Source: Tubulanus polymorphus
Lineage: Eukaryota > Animalia > Nemertea
Length of the DNA stretch: 64,000 nt
Assembly (NCBI RefSeq): GCF_964204645.1
Contig: NC_134032.1
Coordinates: 9,784,275 to 9,848,274, forward strand
Direction: 5' to 3'
Shown: piece by piece, positions 19,801-31,952 of the stretch
Layout: the number at the start of each line of letters is the position of its first letter
Position numbering within the stretch: the stretch's first letter is position 1
Made by a program: the position numbers and the translations under genes
The notes under the pieces: generated by a model
The model's database searches: none
What the model saw: the letters and a program-made list of their open reading frames with translations, nothing else
What the model was told of the DNA's origin: nothing

Positions 19801-22672
19801 TTTTACCCGACGGTAAGTGACGTACGGTGTTACGCGGCTATTCGTGATTTCGCGACTTTTGAAAACTTTTGAAATCGTTTTTATTATAGGCAAGCACGTC
19901 GCCGTTGGTTACGAGAACGGTAGTTTGCGCGTGTGGGATCTGAAAACGGCCGCGTCGATTTTAACGATGAAAAAAGGTAACAACTTCATTTTCCGAAAGA
20001 GTCCTATTTTGAAGAAGATTTTTGTGATATTTGGAAGATTTTGATCGGTCAATGATCGTAGATCGAAATGTTATAACTTTATCAACACGAAGGTTTATAG
20101 TACTTTGTATAGATTAACTAGATTTCATTGCAAGTACAAGCTTTTGCTACTAGTGCATAGTAGCTTTATCAGGAGAATTGTGGTGGAGCCGCGTTAACCT
20201 GGTGTCAAATCAGTCAACTCAACTAGTGTATACAGCGGACCTCGTTACAGTAAACTTCACAGGACCAGAGAAAATCTGTTCGTTATAACTGATAGTTCAT
20301 TATATCCAGTATGAAATTTATCAAATACTCTCACTTGGGACAAAATTCTTTATTTATTATATCCAATGAATGCTTGGATCTGAGTTCGTTATAACGAGGT
20401 TCCACTGTAGTTGCTTCATCGGTAAATAAATCATTTGGGGTCATTCATTTATTACGTACGCATTAGGGGAGGAGGAGGGGTAAGTTCAATTGCGTACTGT
20501 AATGCTTGATGTATAAGATGGCCGATTTTGCGTACAGAGGGGGAGGGGGGTTGAAAAATTCAAATTTCATCCGTACGTAATAAATGAATGATCCCTTTAC
20601 CTGATGAAGGTGATAATAAACACTAGGAATCGAAAGCTTGTACTTTTGATAAAATCTAGTGAACCTTCGAAGTCCAATCTGTTTTCGTCATGTTTACTGA
20701 CTTAAACCGAAGTTATAAGGATTTTCATCGATTGATTGAGATGAATATTTGAATTTTGTTTCGCGTTTTCAGTTCACAGCGAGTCGGTAACGTGTATCGA
20801 TTGTAATAAAGATGGTTCAATACTCGCCACCGGATCAACGGACGTTCAAACTAAAGTCATCAGTATTCATTCTAAAAAGGTGCATCTCTCACTCCTTTTC
20901 CTCATTCCCTCCCCCTGACTCATCTCTCTCTTCGTGTCTTCCTTTCCTGCCCTCCTCTCTCACTTAAGCTTTCTTGCCAGTCTCCCTCCTCCCAGCTCCC
21001 CCTTGTTATCTCTTCTTTCATCCCTACTCTTTCCCTCGACTCTATTATCTCTCCTTTCTCTTCTGTCTTGCTGTATCTTCATTTCCCTCTCTTTCTTTCC
21101 TTCTCTACCTATCTCCATCTCCCTCTCACCCACTCCAACACTATCACTTTTGTCCTCTCTGTCCTTGGGTATCAGGAAAACTACCCCTGGGGAATTATCT
21201 CCGAACAATTGCCCAATTGTCCTAGGGGGCAATTAGCCTAGAATCCAGTCCCTCTGCTCTCCCATTTTCTCCCTCTCCTCTCCCTCTCCCTTCTATTCCT
21301 CCATCTCCCTCGAATAATTGACGATTTTCTATTTTCGTTTTAAAGGAGTTATTCTCAGTGAGTTGTCTGTCGAATAAACCGCCGGAGGAAGATTCCGTCG
21401 AGTCGGTCGTATTTTCATCGACTCATCCGTACCTGGCGACCGGGACACTCGCCGGGGTCGTTACGATCTGGGATCTCTCGTCGCAGACGCCTCGTCTCAC
21501 GTGCAACCACGACGTAAGTTAAAAGCTAATAAAACGTATTATGAAATTGCTAGAACTATGGAAATACGATACAGTAGATTTGCGCCTTACTCAAAATGCC
21601 CAAAAATTTTTCAATCTAGGAGAAATGGGCAATTAGTTTGTAGAAAGTCTAGTTTGTAGCCTACTTGTACATTGGACTAAACCTAAATCGGTAGTTGGCA
21701 CTAAGAATTTTTTTAAACCAAATTAGGCGATTAGCACCAAGATTTTTTTCAAACCAAATTTGGCCCGTATAAGATAGTGTATCAATTATTACCCAGAATT
21801 AATGGTTTAGTGAGATCAGCAGTACCGATTTAGGGGGAGTGTACAGTAATTGGGATATGAAAGTGATGCAGGCGCTTCCTCGAAATTTGATATTTTGTCC
21901 TTTAAAACTTCTTATATCCAGGAATGACCGATATGTAGGGACCATGTGAAAATTGATTTCTTCAAAATGCTAAAACCGCTACCTGCTATCTTTACGATCC
22001 TTACCCAGGTTCTATTGTAATCTTCACTTAACCTGTTCACTACCATTGCGACCGATATTTCGGTAGGCTGTATATGACCTGAAAAAGTGAACTAGTACAG
22101 GACAGCAGACTACTACAACGCAGTACATAGGTGTTTCACGCAGTACATAGGTGTTTATTGATTAGCAGAAACCTGTCCGTGTTCATTATAGTTCATATCC
22201 AGCTGTATAGGCGTTACACATACCGGTACATGCGTCATCAAAAATAAGCTAACGCCATCTGGTACAAAGCGTGTACAATTGTCTGGGAGTGAAAGGGTTA
22301 ATCGACTTTGCGCTTAACCGCTCGAACTAATCGAGAAATTTTAATTTTCAGGCCGGTATCGTAAAACTACGCTGGGACCCATCGGCCCCGTATATCTGTA
22401 GTTGTACGCTTGACGGCGCCGTTAATTTATGGGACGCCCGAAACGGAAAACGGGAATTCCAGTGGTTAGGACACACGACGGAAATATTGGACTTCGATTT
22501 TACGAGGTATAAAAATCATTTGCCGCGATCATTTTTCACGCACCAGGAATTCAAAAATCGGGAATTTTTTTCTCGTTTTTTTTTTTTCAGAGATAACAAA
22601 AGTCTAGTCACTGCATCCGGGGATGGAACGGCGAAAGTATTCCGGCGACAGAAGGAGCCTAGCAATGCCTGA
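16880..22672 (+). CDS. AAMP: Angio-associated migratory cell protein (WD40, Sqt1 ortholog), 412 aa, 10 exons
   Basis: Exons 16880-16973, 17252-17395, 17757-17873, 18472-18611, 19668-19812, 19890-19976, 20773-20879, 21346-21513, 22352-22506, 22591-22672, all GT-AG and phase-consistent. Acidic N terminus, then [71 protein letters not shown]. Confidence 0.92.
17410..17725 (+). repeat. Dispersed ~58-60-bp minisatellite family A
   Basis: Unit like TGATGTCATAGGGGGATTTATGGAGGCAGCCATCTTTTCTGGAAGTGTCTAGGG. Other arrays at ~24290-24670, 31560-31620, 44650-44830 (+) and 42580-43020, 62640-63010, 63290-63440 (-). Confidence 0.85.
18080..18281. mobile_element. MITE family H1, copy 2
   Basis: GGCTAAAGAATTGATACCTTGTTTC...GAAACGAGGTATCCATTTCTTAGCC. 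Confidence 0.7.
18651..18978 (-). mobile_element. tRNA-derived SINE with conserved core and LINE2-like tail
   Basis: Minus strand: A box TGGCCGAGCGG, B box GGTTCGAACCC, core GTGTCCTCGGGCAAG...CCCAGGAGTAAATGGGTACC, tail GTAAAGCGCTCTGAG...AGCGCTATATAA followed by (TTA)n. Confidence 0.88.
19372..19591. mobile_element. MITE family H1, copy 3 (complete, TAA target duplication)
   Basis: taa-GGCTAAACAAAAATGATACCTTGTTTCTC...GAGAAACAAGGTATCAATTTTTTTTAGCC-taa. Confidence 0.85.
20233..20407. mobile_element. Tc1/mariner (Tigger-like) MITE
   Basis: ta-CAGCGGACCTCGTTACA...TATAACGAGGTTCCACTG-ta. Confidence 0.75.
20437..20596. mobile_element. MITE with TIR GGGRTCATTCATTTATTACGTA
   Basis: Terminal inverted repeats. 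A second copy lies in the opposite orientation at 52874-53275. Confidence 0.8.
20883..21310 (+). repeat. CT-rich low-complexity tract in AAMP intron 7
   Basis: Nearly pure pyrimidine tract, interrupted at ~21167-21246. Confidence 0.85.
22032..22297. mobile_element. Probable piggyBac-like MITE
   Basis: ttaa-CCTGTTCACTACCA...TGGGAGTGAAAGGG-ttaa (imperfect TIRs). Confidence 0.5.
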
Positions 22673-23448
22673 CGATAATCATAAAAATATCGCGAAAAAT
22701 ATAGAAATTTAGATTTATTTTGTTTATAGTGATATTAGCGATTGTTGTTTTACCGGGCGAAAAATAAATGGATTTTTATATGAGAAAAAAGAATAGCTTT
22801 TCGGATTAATGCTAATTAAGAATGAATCAAGGATTCCAGTTCAAACGAGGCTACACATAGTAGTCTCAATAGGGTAGTTCTAGGCTGCAGATTGTTCTAG
22901 GAGATGGTAGGCCTACCAGGGAGAAAAGTGATGCCTGCATTTAGACGAGTAGAGAGCAATCTTAAATTAAAGATTTCAGCGCACCGTCGGATGTAAGTCC
23001 GAATTCAGAATAACTGGACCGAAGAACTTTAGGCCTATAGAGAAACCTATCGATGAAGCAAATCTGTCCCGAATTCAAAATCGAGAAGAAAAATTTTTAT
23101 ACATAATTTTCAAAATATCATGTATTCAAATTTGCAATTATAGCATTATTCATTACAAAGACATCAGTTTTTTCTCATTTCATAATTATAATAATAATAA
23201 TAACAATAATAACATCTCAATTCAACATTTTTTCAAAATAAAACTAACATTATTTAGTTACTAACAATATTTACGCAGTAATAGCATGATTTTATACGAA
23301 CAGATACGGCATAGTGATTTTTGGAGTAGAAAAATACAAAAGCAATCATCAAGATCGATATTTCATATAACGTACTCATCCATACTCAAAACTTAAAGAC
23401 CTGGGGTAAATCTAGTTTTGATTCACAGGCATAAAGTCGAAACACTAA

Positions 23449-23801
23449 AGCTACGTGTACACTAGCTCGTTGAACCCGGGTTTCCATGTACGCGGGTTCG
23501 ACGAAAACCTGGGTTCACAGCGAGTTGCAGTAGCAAGTCTACACTTAACTCGGCTTCGGTTGAACTGAATCCACATCCATAGTTCAAGTTCAAGGTCAAT
23601 TGTGGAGCTCAAACGCGTTCAACGCAGGTTAACCGTCTACACAAGCAAAAATGCATAGTCGCATGTGAACCTGGGGAAAACTTTTCTTTTTCAAGAAGGG
23701 TTTCTTAAACACGGTTTTACAGTACACTCTGCATTGAACCCGTGTTTCTAGTGTAGTGGAGACGCATGACCTGGGTCCAAGAAGCAAGTGTAGACATAGC
23801 T
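23449..23801. mobile_element. PIF/Harbinger-like MITE
   Basis: taa-AGCTACGTGTACACTAGCT...AGCAAGTGTAGACATAGCT-taa, with internal AACCCGGGTT-type palindromes. Confidence 0.75.
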
Positions 23802-24128
23802 TAACCAATTTAAAAAATGAAATCTACAGTATAGGCCCATCTCATCAAAGTTCTCATTTCAAACGATTCCAGTAACCAGACTGTCGCTAAGTTTCACAAT
23901 CGGATATTTTCCTCCCCCTGTCCCGTATAAAAAGCCGTTGTTTCACCCGTACCTAACCCAAGCCTTGCCCAGGCAGCCTACGCCCGCCCCCCCCCCCCCC
24001 CAATTGGAATATACCGTACAAAATAATATTTGAAGCTAAGTTTCAAGTGAAACGCACCTGATTTGTAAGAATAATGCTCCTGAAAACAGATGCATTCAAC
24101 ACAGTACCAGTGTATCTCATGCAGCAGT

Positions 24129-24131
<3 letters not shown>

Positions 24132-24187
<56 letters not shown>
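24132..24187. repeat. (TA)n microsatellite
   Basis: Direct observation. Others at 31873-31949 and 62549-62608. Confidence 0.95.
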
Positions 24188-24190
<3 letters not shown>

Positions 24191-25684
24191 CTATCAAAAG
24201 GTCACATGGAAAAATATTTTAAGCAAATTCTTTCTGCCCTTCAAATACTGAATTACAGTACTGTCATACAGAGCTAGTGACCAATACTCTCAGTAGGGAA
24301 AAGGATTGATTGTTTGAGGCCATATTTTCTTGAAGTGTCTATAAGAGTAATTTGATGATGTCATAGGGGGATTCATAAAGGCAGTCACAACCCAATAGGA
24401 TATTTTGATGACGCCATAGGGGATTTACGGGGACAAGCATCTTTTCTGGAAGGTTATGTTATATAAGCAATTTGATAATGCTATTGGTAGATTTATAGAG
24501 GCAGCCATCTTTCCTACCCGGAAGAATCTGATGATATCATAGGGGGATTATAAAGCAACCAACCTTTTTGTGCCCTATAGGAACTCATGTTGTTGTATGG
24601 GAATTCTTCAAGGGGGCCATTGTTTTAGAAGTGTCTTTAGGGAAAAGCTGATGATGTCATAGGGGGATTTAAAAAAAAATACTTTACAAAATATAGCTGT
24701 TTTCTAATATTGCAAGCGTTTAAATACCGTACAAAAAGTCTACCCTAGCATCTGAGGATGGGATCCAATTCCGCAGCGTTGTTCATTTCAATTAATTCAA
24801 TGGTAGCCGAATTCGAACTTGGAACTGCGGAACTGCAACCATCGTGCATAGATTAACTTGATTGTGTATGAACAATTCTCTAAAACTACCACAATTTTCT
24901 CGTACTTAACGGTTGGACATTAGCAAAAGTCTTTAAAATATTTCCAAAAGTAGCGATATCTACAAATCTTACTGGAAGACTTCACTTTCTTCTCAAAAAT
25001 TCAGCACGGGGTCTTATTTCATGAAAACAGTTCAATTTGTACGACCTTTTTACGTACACACTTGAAAACCTTCTTCATGAATTCAGCCGACTCTTGATTT
25101 TTATTTGGCGCATAAGCGCAGACTTTGTTCGACTAACGTTAATAAATCGACGTTGAATCGAATTGCATACAAGCAGCGACGACCAATACAAAACTGCGGA
25201 ACACATCTCTCCGCTGGCTTTCGTTCAAGAACGAAATAGATTTTCAAGCAAAAAGCGAATTTAAGCTGAATACCTTATTTGTCATCCTCACTTGCCAGGG
25301 TTTGATTGCCTCCCGCCGAGGAAGCTCGCGCCAATGCACAAACCCTGGCCACAGACGCTACATTGGACTTGTATTGCAACTTGTCTACCCAAGAAAGCTT
25401 GGACGGTGTAATAGACCAATGAAGGGTCTGCAGCCAGGGTTTGTGTTGGCGAGAGGAAATCGAACCCTTGCGAGCAAGGATGCCTATTTGTATAATTAAG
25501 TATTTTTAGCGAGCAGCAGCATTTTTCTATCGTAGGTATGATTTTTTCTTAAGGAAGATTATGTACGGCTGTCTGGTTTTTAGAAAAGGAAGGTGTTGAG
25601 ATCTATTCGTGAAAGAAAGATTGCATTATATTTTGCTTAACGAAATATTTACAGCGATTTGACAGACGACCTTCCTGTACGACA

Positions 25685-26350
25685 GACTAGTGCCAAGTGA
25701 GGATCTACCAGGTGGGCTAGTATGCAGTAGGACATCAACTTTTGCGACAATAGAGAATTTCCCTTGTGGCAAGTGAGGATCCACCAGGTGTGCTAGTGTG
25801 CAGTAGGACATAAACTACTGTGGCAATAGAGGATTCTACTTGTGGCAAGTGAGGATCCACTGGGTGTGTCATTGTGCAGTAGGACTTCAACTACTGTGAC
25901 AATAGAGGATTCTACTTGTGGCAAGTGAGGATCTACCAGGTGTGCTAGTGTGCAGTAGGACATCAACTACTGTGGCAATAGAGGATTCACTTGACGTGGC
26001 AAGTGAGGATCCACCAGGTGTGCTAGTAGGACATCGACTACAGTAACAATAGAGGAGTCCACTCGTGGCAAGTGAGGATGATCAACCAAGTCTGTTAATG
26101 TACTGTAGCATATCCACTACTGCGGCAATAGAGCATTCCATTAGCAGTACATTAGGAGCCACCAGGGCACTGGCATGCAGTACGATATCAGATACTGCGG
26201 CAACAGAGGATTCCAGTAGTGGCAAGTGAGGATCCACTAGGCGTGCTAGTGTGCAGTAAGACATACATCAACTAGTGCGGCAACAGAGTATTCCACCTGT
26301 GGCAAATGAGGATCCACCAGGTGCACTAGTGTGCAGTAAGGTATCAACTA
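25685..26350 (+). repeat. 76-bp tandem minisatellite family B, ~9 copies
   Basis: Unit GTGGCAAGTGAGGATCCACCAGGTGTGCTAGTGTGCAGTAGGACATCAACTACTGTGGCAATAGAGGATTCTACTT at 25766, 25842, 25918 and onward. Confidence 0.9.
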
Positions 26351-27091
26351 CGTCACGCCCTCTGCTTTCGCAGAGCCCCTATAATAAATCACATTTTTAA
26401 ACACACACTACATAAAAGCCAAGCGCTAAATCTAAGTCCGCCATTTTGAACCCGGGTTTCATAAGAAACCGCTTCACAGCATCACAGATATGCTTTTCCT
26501 GCATTACCCGACCCAGCACCGCAGCGTTAAAATTCTTACAATGCATTGAAACAATCGAAAAAACAAATCTATCTATAAATCTTTAAACAACTCGAATCAT
26601 TACTCACACTGCCAAACTGGGTCCCACAGAGTACAACGAACAAAATAATTCCCCTAGTTTTTCACTTAATTTTGAACAAAATCATATTTTTCGTAACAAT
26701 TTCCCGCAGATTTTCTTTTTGTTCAATTTGGAATCAGTCCTTGAAAATAAGAATTTTTCATGTGTTTTGAGATTCGATTCCTTAGCATTGCAAAAAAAAA
26801 TCCCTGAAAATGTAGTTTTCGTTATGATACAATTTCCCCTTCCCTGAATTCTAACATTTTCTTAAAAATATTCATACCAAATTCAAATTTTGCGGAAAAT
26901 CGAAATTTTCTTATGCGAAATTTAAAAAAATGTTTTTCTTCGAATTCAAAATTTCTAATCAGATTTACAACGTACCGGTACATAAATATGTGGAATATCG
27001 GAAATATTTTTTCTCTTCTTGAAAGACACGGGGCGAAAGTCGTGAAAAAATGTCTTTTTTTTCTTATGCGAAAAGTCCAAAAATGTTCGTT

Positions 27092-30000
27092 TTACGATTC
27101 GGTCGCCGACGACAACGCGCACAGGAACGTCAGCGAGAAAATCTGATTCTTCGGGTAGCGCACGTCGGGAAGCATTTCGTCCTGTATGTCGAGGTTGGTG
27201 TCGCGGATCACCGACGAGTGTTGACCGTCGACGATGTCGTCGTGGTAGGACTCGCGTTCGATTCCTGGCGAAACGAGAAAAAAAGAAAGATTTCGTGAAA
27301 TTCATAGATATTTGTTCCGCAAATGAGACACAGGGTGGCCACTTGAACCTGGAAATCGGGGAAAAGTCAGGGAATGTTCTTTTCCTTAAAGAAGTCGGAA
27401 TGAAGTCAGGAAATTTTGTAAAAAAGCTAAAACTCCGGGAAAAGTTAGTTGACTGTGTTAATCGATTGGATTCTTAGCAGATCGAGTCAGGGAAAGCAAT
27501 GTGCATGTCGGAATAGTCGGGGGAAAACCAGGTTTTCAGGAAAATTTTGTAAGTCCCAGAGTTTTACTAAACTTTTCGGATTCCCTGAGTTTTCCAGGTC
27601 AGATGCCACCTGCTTTACAGTCAAACGTAATGGAAAGTTATAGATTTTGGGTTCTGGGAATCAAGAGTCATTGGTAATGGGCGCAGCGATAGTCGGTGTG
27701 AAACTGACCTAAATGTTTGCTGATGAATCCTAGCGAGCCGTTCGCCGACAATGAGATACACTGTTGTGGAGATAGCGAGTAACGAACTTGCATCAGTTTG
27801 CCGATAATCGGTTTGACCAGAAATTGAAAATCCGTCTGCGCCTGGTGACAGGTACCCCTAGTGAGAAAATGGAAAAGCGTCCTTGAGAATTCTTATTCAG
27901 TGGATAATTGATATAAGTGACAATCATTATGTAATGCTACAGTGCATTAGCAAATTTCATCACTGATACACCGCACTGCAGTGCAGATGCACTGAAGTAC
28001 AACTGGCCAAATATATTAACATGTTTACAACGTTCTACAGGCATTATTTAACACTCGGAATTAATCTCATATTCGATCTTACTTGAGTGTCACCATTTTG
28101 CGGTCGGTTCGGTCGGATTTCATGGCGTACATTGCTTTGATGTTGTCCTTCCACTGGAATGTCTGCGAGTTCATGAACAATATCGGCGTGTCGCATTCGC
28201 GGCAACTGCGGTCGTCGAGCGGCAACATCCACGCGTCCAACGCAACCGCAGCTCTGAGTGAAACAAGAAAAAAATATCGCTTGAAATCGTTCCGGATGAA
28301 ATAAAGGACCATTGGTCCGGGTAGGATCTACTGAGCGCATATTGCAATTAGATGAAATCTTGGTGCACAACACCATCACCGTAGTAAGCAGGTCCAACTT
28401 TGATGATGTACACGGTAATAGGTTTTCCCCATGACTCACTAGCACGTGGCAGGTTTATTCTATATACATTAAACTCGGCCACTGAAGGTCTCTCCCAGTG
28501 ACATCATTATCAAGAAACAAGGTCAAGCATCGATTAGTAGAATGGGGAAAAATTCATTAAAATTGTGCTCATTTTCTCCCAGGACTTCCAAACGGCTAAG
28601 AGCTGATGGACAAAACTCTCTATATCAATTTCAACCCCCTGCTTCCCTCTGAATGACAAAATATCGGCTATGTATATCCAGTGGTTACAATTTATACCAC
28701 CAAGAGCTCACAGAAAGTTATTCTTGGAATCATTCTATAAGGATTGACACCGGTGCTCCTAATACCCCCCAAGGTGAATGTCAGAATTCACGATTTAAAT
28801 TCATAAAAAGATTTAACATTATCTACGTTGCCTGCCGCCGCTAGATTCGAAAATCGAAATGATCCCCATGAAAATCTCTAATGATAAACTAAAACACCCC
28901 CCGTCACTGTCACTTACTTGAATCGTTTATCTCTAGCACAGGTGGCGATACTGGTCACGCCCCCAAATGAATGTCCGATCACCGATACTTTTTCCGTATC
29001 TATCATACCCTACGAAAGAAATCAACGATTTTAAAATATGTCCGGGTGATACCAAAAATAAACATACGGTATCATCTAGGCCTACCAAGCCTCAAGATAA
29101 CCAGGGTTGTCAGCCTAAATGGGCTAGGACCAGCCTTTAATCTAAGCCTGACGCTGGTATTATAGACTAGCTTTGACTAAAAGCCTGTTGAGAACAAATG
29201 ACTTGACATAAGTTTAAACTTTAATCTTAGGCCAAGCCTTATATACCACTTTTATTTTCATCAAATGGGGCTGATTCCATAGACAAACTTTACTTTTGTT
29301 TTAACCAGTTTTAACATGAAAGCCGCAATCTAAATTGATTACCTGGAATTGACTCATATCATAGCGGAATCCTAGAATATTGCAGACCTCTTTCCCGGAG
29401 TCGAGACCTTCTAGGAAATCCAACATTCCAATAATTTCGTCCACTCGCTGGTGTAACTAAAATCACAACAAAAAGCAGCTAAAAATTCGTTGAAATCTCT
29501 CGTTCTCCACATGCTGGAATTTTAAAGGGCCTGTGTTTGTTGTTCAGTGTATGACATTGTGACTACTGAAGGAGCAAAGCTTTCGATCCACCAAAAATGC
29601 AGAAATTTAAGCTATCTAACACATTAGGCCTAGCTCAATATATTTTTCAATCTAATTATCAGCATTGATGGAATATTGAAATCCTCTGGCAGCAGATATC
29701 TTATGAGGGATGGCTGAGGGGTGGATGTAAAAATGAAAAGGGTGACCGCCCCTCCAAAACCTGTTATGGAGAACACTGTATTCCCACTATCGTTATATGA
29801 ATTTTTCTCCAGTGGGACAGCTATGTATACCGGTATATAGTATTTCTATTTTTCCTCTAAGGGAAGCACAGTACATTATATCCATCTCCCTAGGAGGCAG
29901 CACTGTAAAGTACCTGTCTGTTGCGCACGTCGAAGTCATCCAGAACCGGGTATTTCTCATACAGCCTCCACTCCTCTTTAAAACTATTATCGCGATGAAG

Positions 30001-31870
30001 TGGTAATTGCTTTATCGGCAACGCCATCAGCGACGATATTTCATCTTCATTTTCATCCGCTTCGTCGAAAACGTTACCGTCATTTTCACCGTCATCGTCG
30101 TCGCCACCGATAGAAATTCTAACGATCTCCTCCTCCTCTGTTTCCTGTTCCTGGAGTTCTGTTTGCCAGTCCTTTTCCCGCTCCGAATCCTGCTCCATTT
30201 GTTGGTCTTGTTCCCGTTCCGATTCCTGAACCTGTTCCGTCTGCCGATCAGGTTCCTGTTCTGAACCTTGTTCCGTCAGCGGCACCTGTTCCTGTTCCGA
30301 ATCCTCTTCTGTCTGCTGTTCCGTCTGCTGATGATTGTCCTGGTTATTGATTGATATCGTCTGCAGACAGTAGGTCATCGATGCGGAGCCGTCTCTATTA
30401 AAGAAAGAAAGAAACCGTCAAAATTTCAAAAGACAAACTCAAAGATTTCAATCCTTTCAGTGCGGTGTAAAAATCAGTGATGGGCTTTGCTAGTACACCG
30501 CATGGCCGCGTATTTATGTTCATAATAATAAGGTTTCATCTCTAATGAAAGATAGCAGCAGCACCTGTCAAACAGAGTTAAATACTAGTAACTACCAATA
30601 CACCGTGCGGCGGTGTAGATGCACTAATATATGCCTGTTATTTCACGCACTGGGGTGGGACTTTTGAAAATTTTCAAATTATCTCCAGCACTTCCGGGTA
30701 TTAATTAGTCAGCACTGAACGGGTTAATTAGATTTATCATAACGTCTTGGATGTTTTTCAGGTATAAGTCAGCACTGAAAGGGTTAATTAGATTTATCAT
30801 AATGTCCTCAATCGTTGCGTGTGCGCACCTGTGTTCCATAGCGGCCACGATGAAACCCTGACTCGCCATTTCTACGCAGAATGTCGTATAAGTCGTGCGA
30901 TTGGCGCCGATTCCGTGAGTGAAGATCACAACCGGCCATTTCGTATCCGATTCCAACAGCGGAGCCTGCCACAAAACTGGTACATACACGTCACCTGCAC
31001 AAAATAAAACAACAAGATTAAACACTCCGGATCCAGTTTCACAGTAGTGTGGGTTTACTTTGACTGTGGATTCAGGTCTACAGTTGTGACGGTTTAATTT
31101 GCCTATGGTTCCAGTTCTACAGTTGTATAGGTTAAGTATGACTCTGGATCCAGTTCCACACTTGTTTGGGCTTAACTAGATCCAGTTCCACAGTTGCGTA
31201 GGCTGAGATATAAGACTGATTCCTGTACCTGTTATGAGTCTCTCAACCTAAACCGAGTGGCCTCCAGAGCCAAATTTGACCCACACAACTGGGGAACTGG
31301 GTTCAATCAAATCAAACCCACACACAACTGGTGGAACTGGATCCTGGGTTCAAGGTTGCGGTCGATGATGAGATATGAGATTTTATCTCAATCGCTGTTT
31401 AACGCTACGTACCTCCGACAATCGAGAATATTTTGCCGAAAATCCGTTTGTTCACCTCTTTGAAATACGTGTACCCGTCGATGTATTGTTTCCGCGGCAA
31501 CCACAGCGGCCATTGCATCTGCCGTTCCTACGAAAGTAAACGAAAAACCGAACAAATAAATTTGATGAAATCATAGGTGGATTACAAGAGGCAGCCATCT
31601 TTTCAGCAAGTGTCTACCTGGGCATTTTTTTTTTAGTACAAATTAATTTTATTGAACAAGTCAATGGTATACAAAATAAATACATACTAAGGTCCAGAGG
31701 ACATTACAAGCAATTACGATTATAAATGAAATGACAGTGACATTTGACGGTGATCAAAAATTAATAAATGCACGTGAACTGATAATTACACTAAAGGATG
31801 ATAATAATAATAATAGTAATGATAGTAGCAATGAGTTGTAACAATAGAAGTAATAATAATGATAAATGGG

Positions 31871-31952
<82 letters not shown>

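Noticed and set aside
20934-21236. ORFs in the CT-rich tract, in minisatellites (15630-16065, 25626-26264, 47144-47481, 59524-59865) and across (TA)n runs
   Set aside because: Low-complexity translation of repeats inside introns or intergenic DNA.
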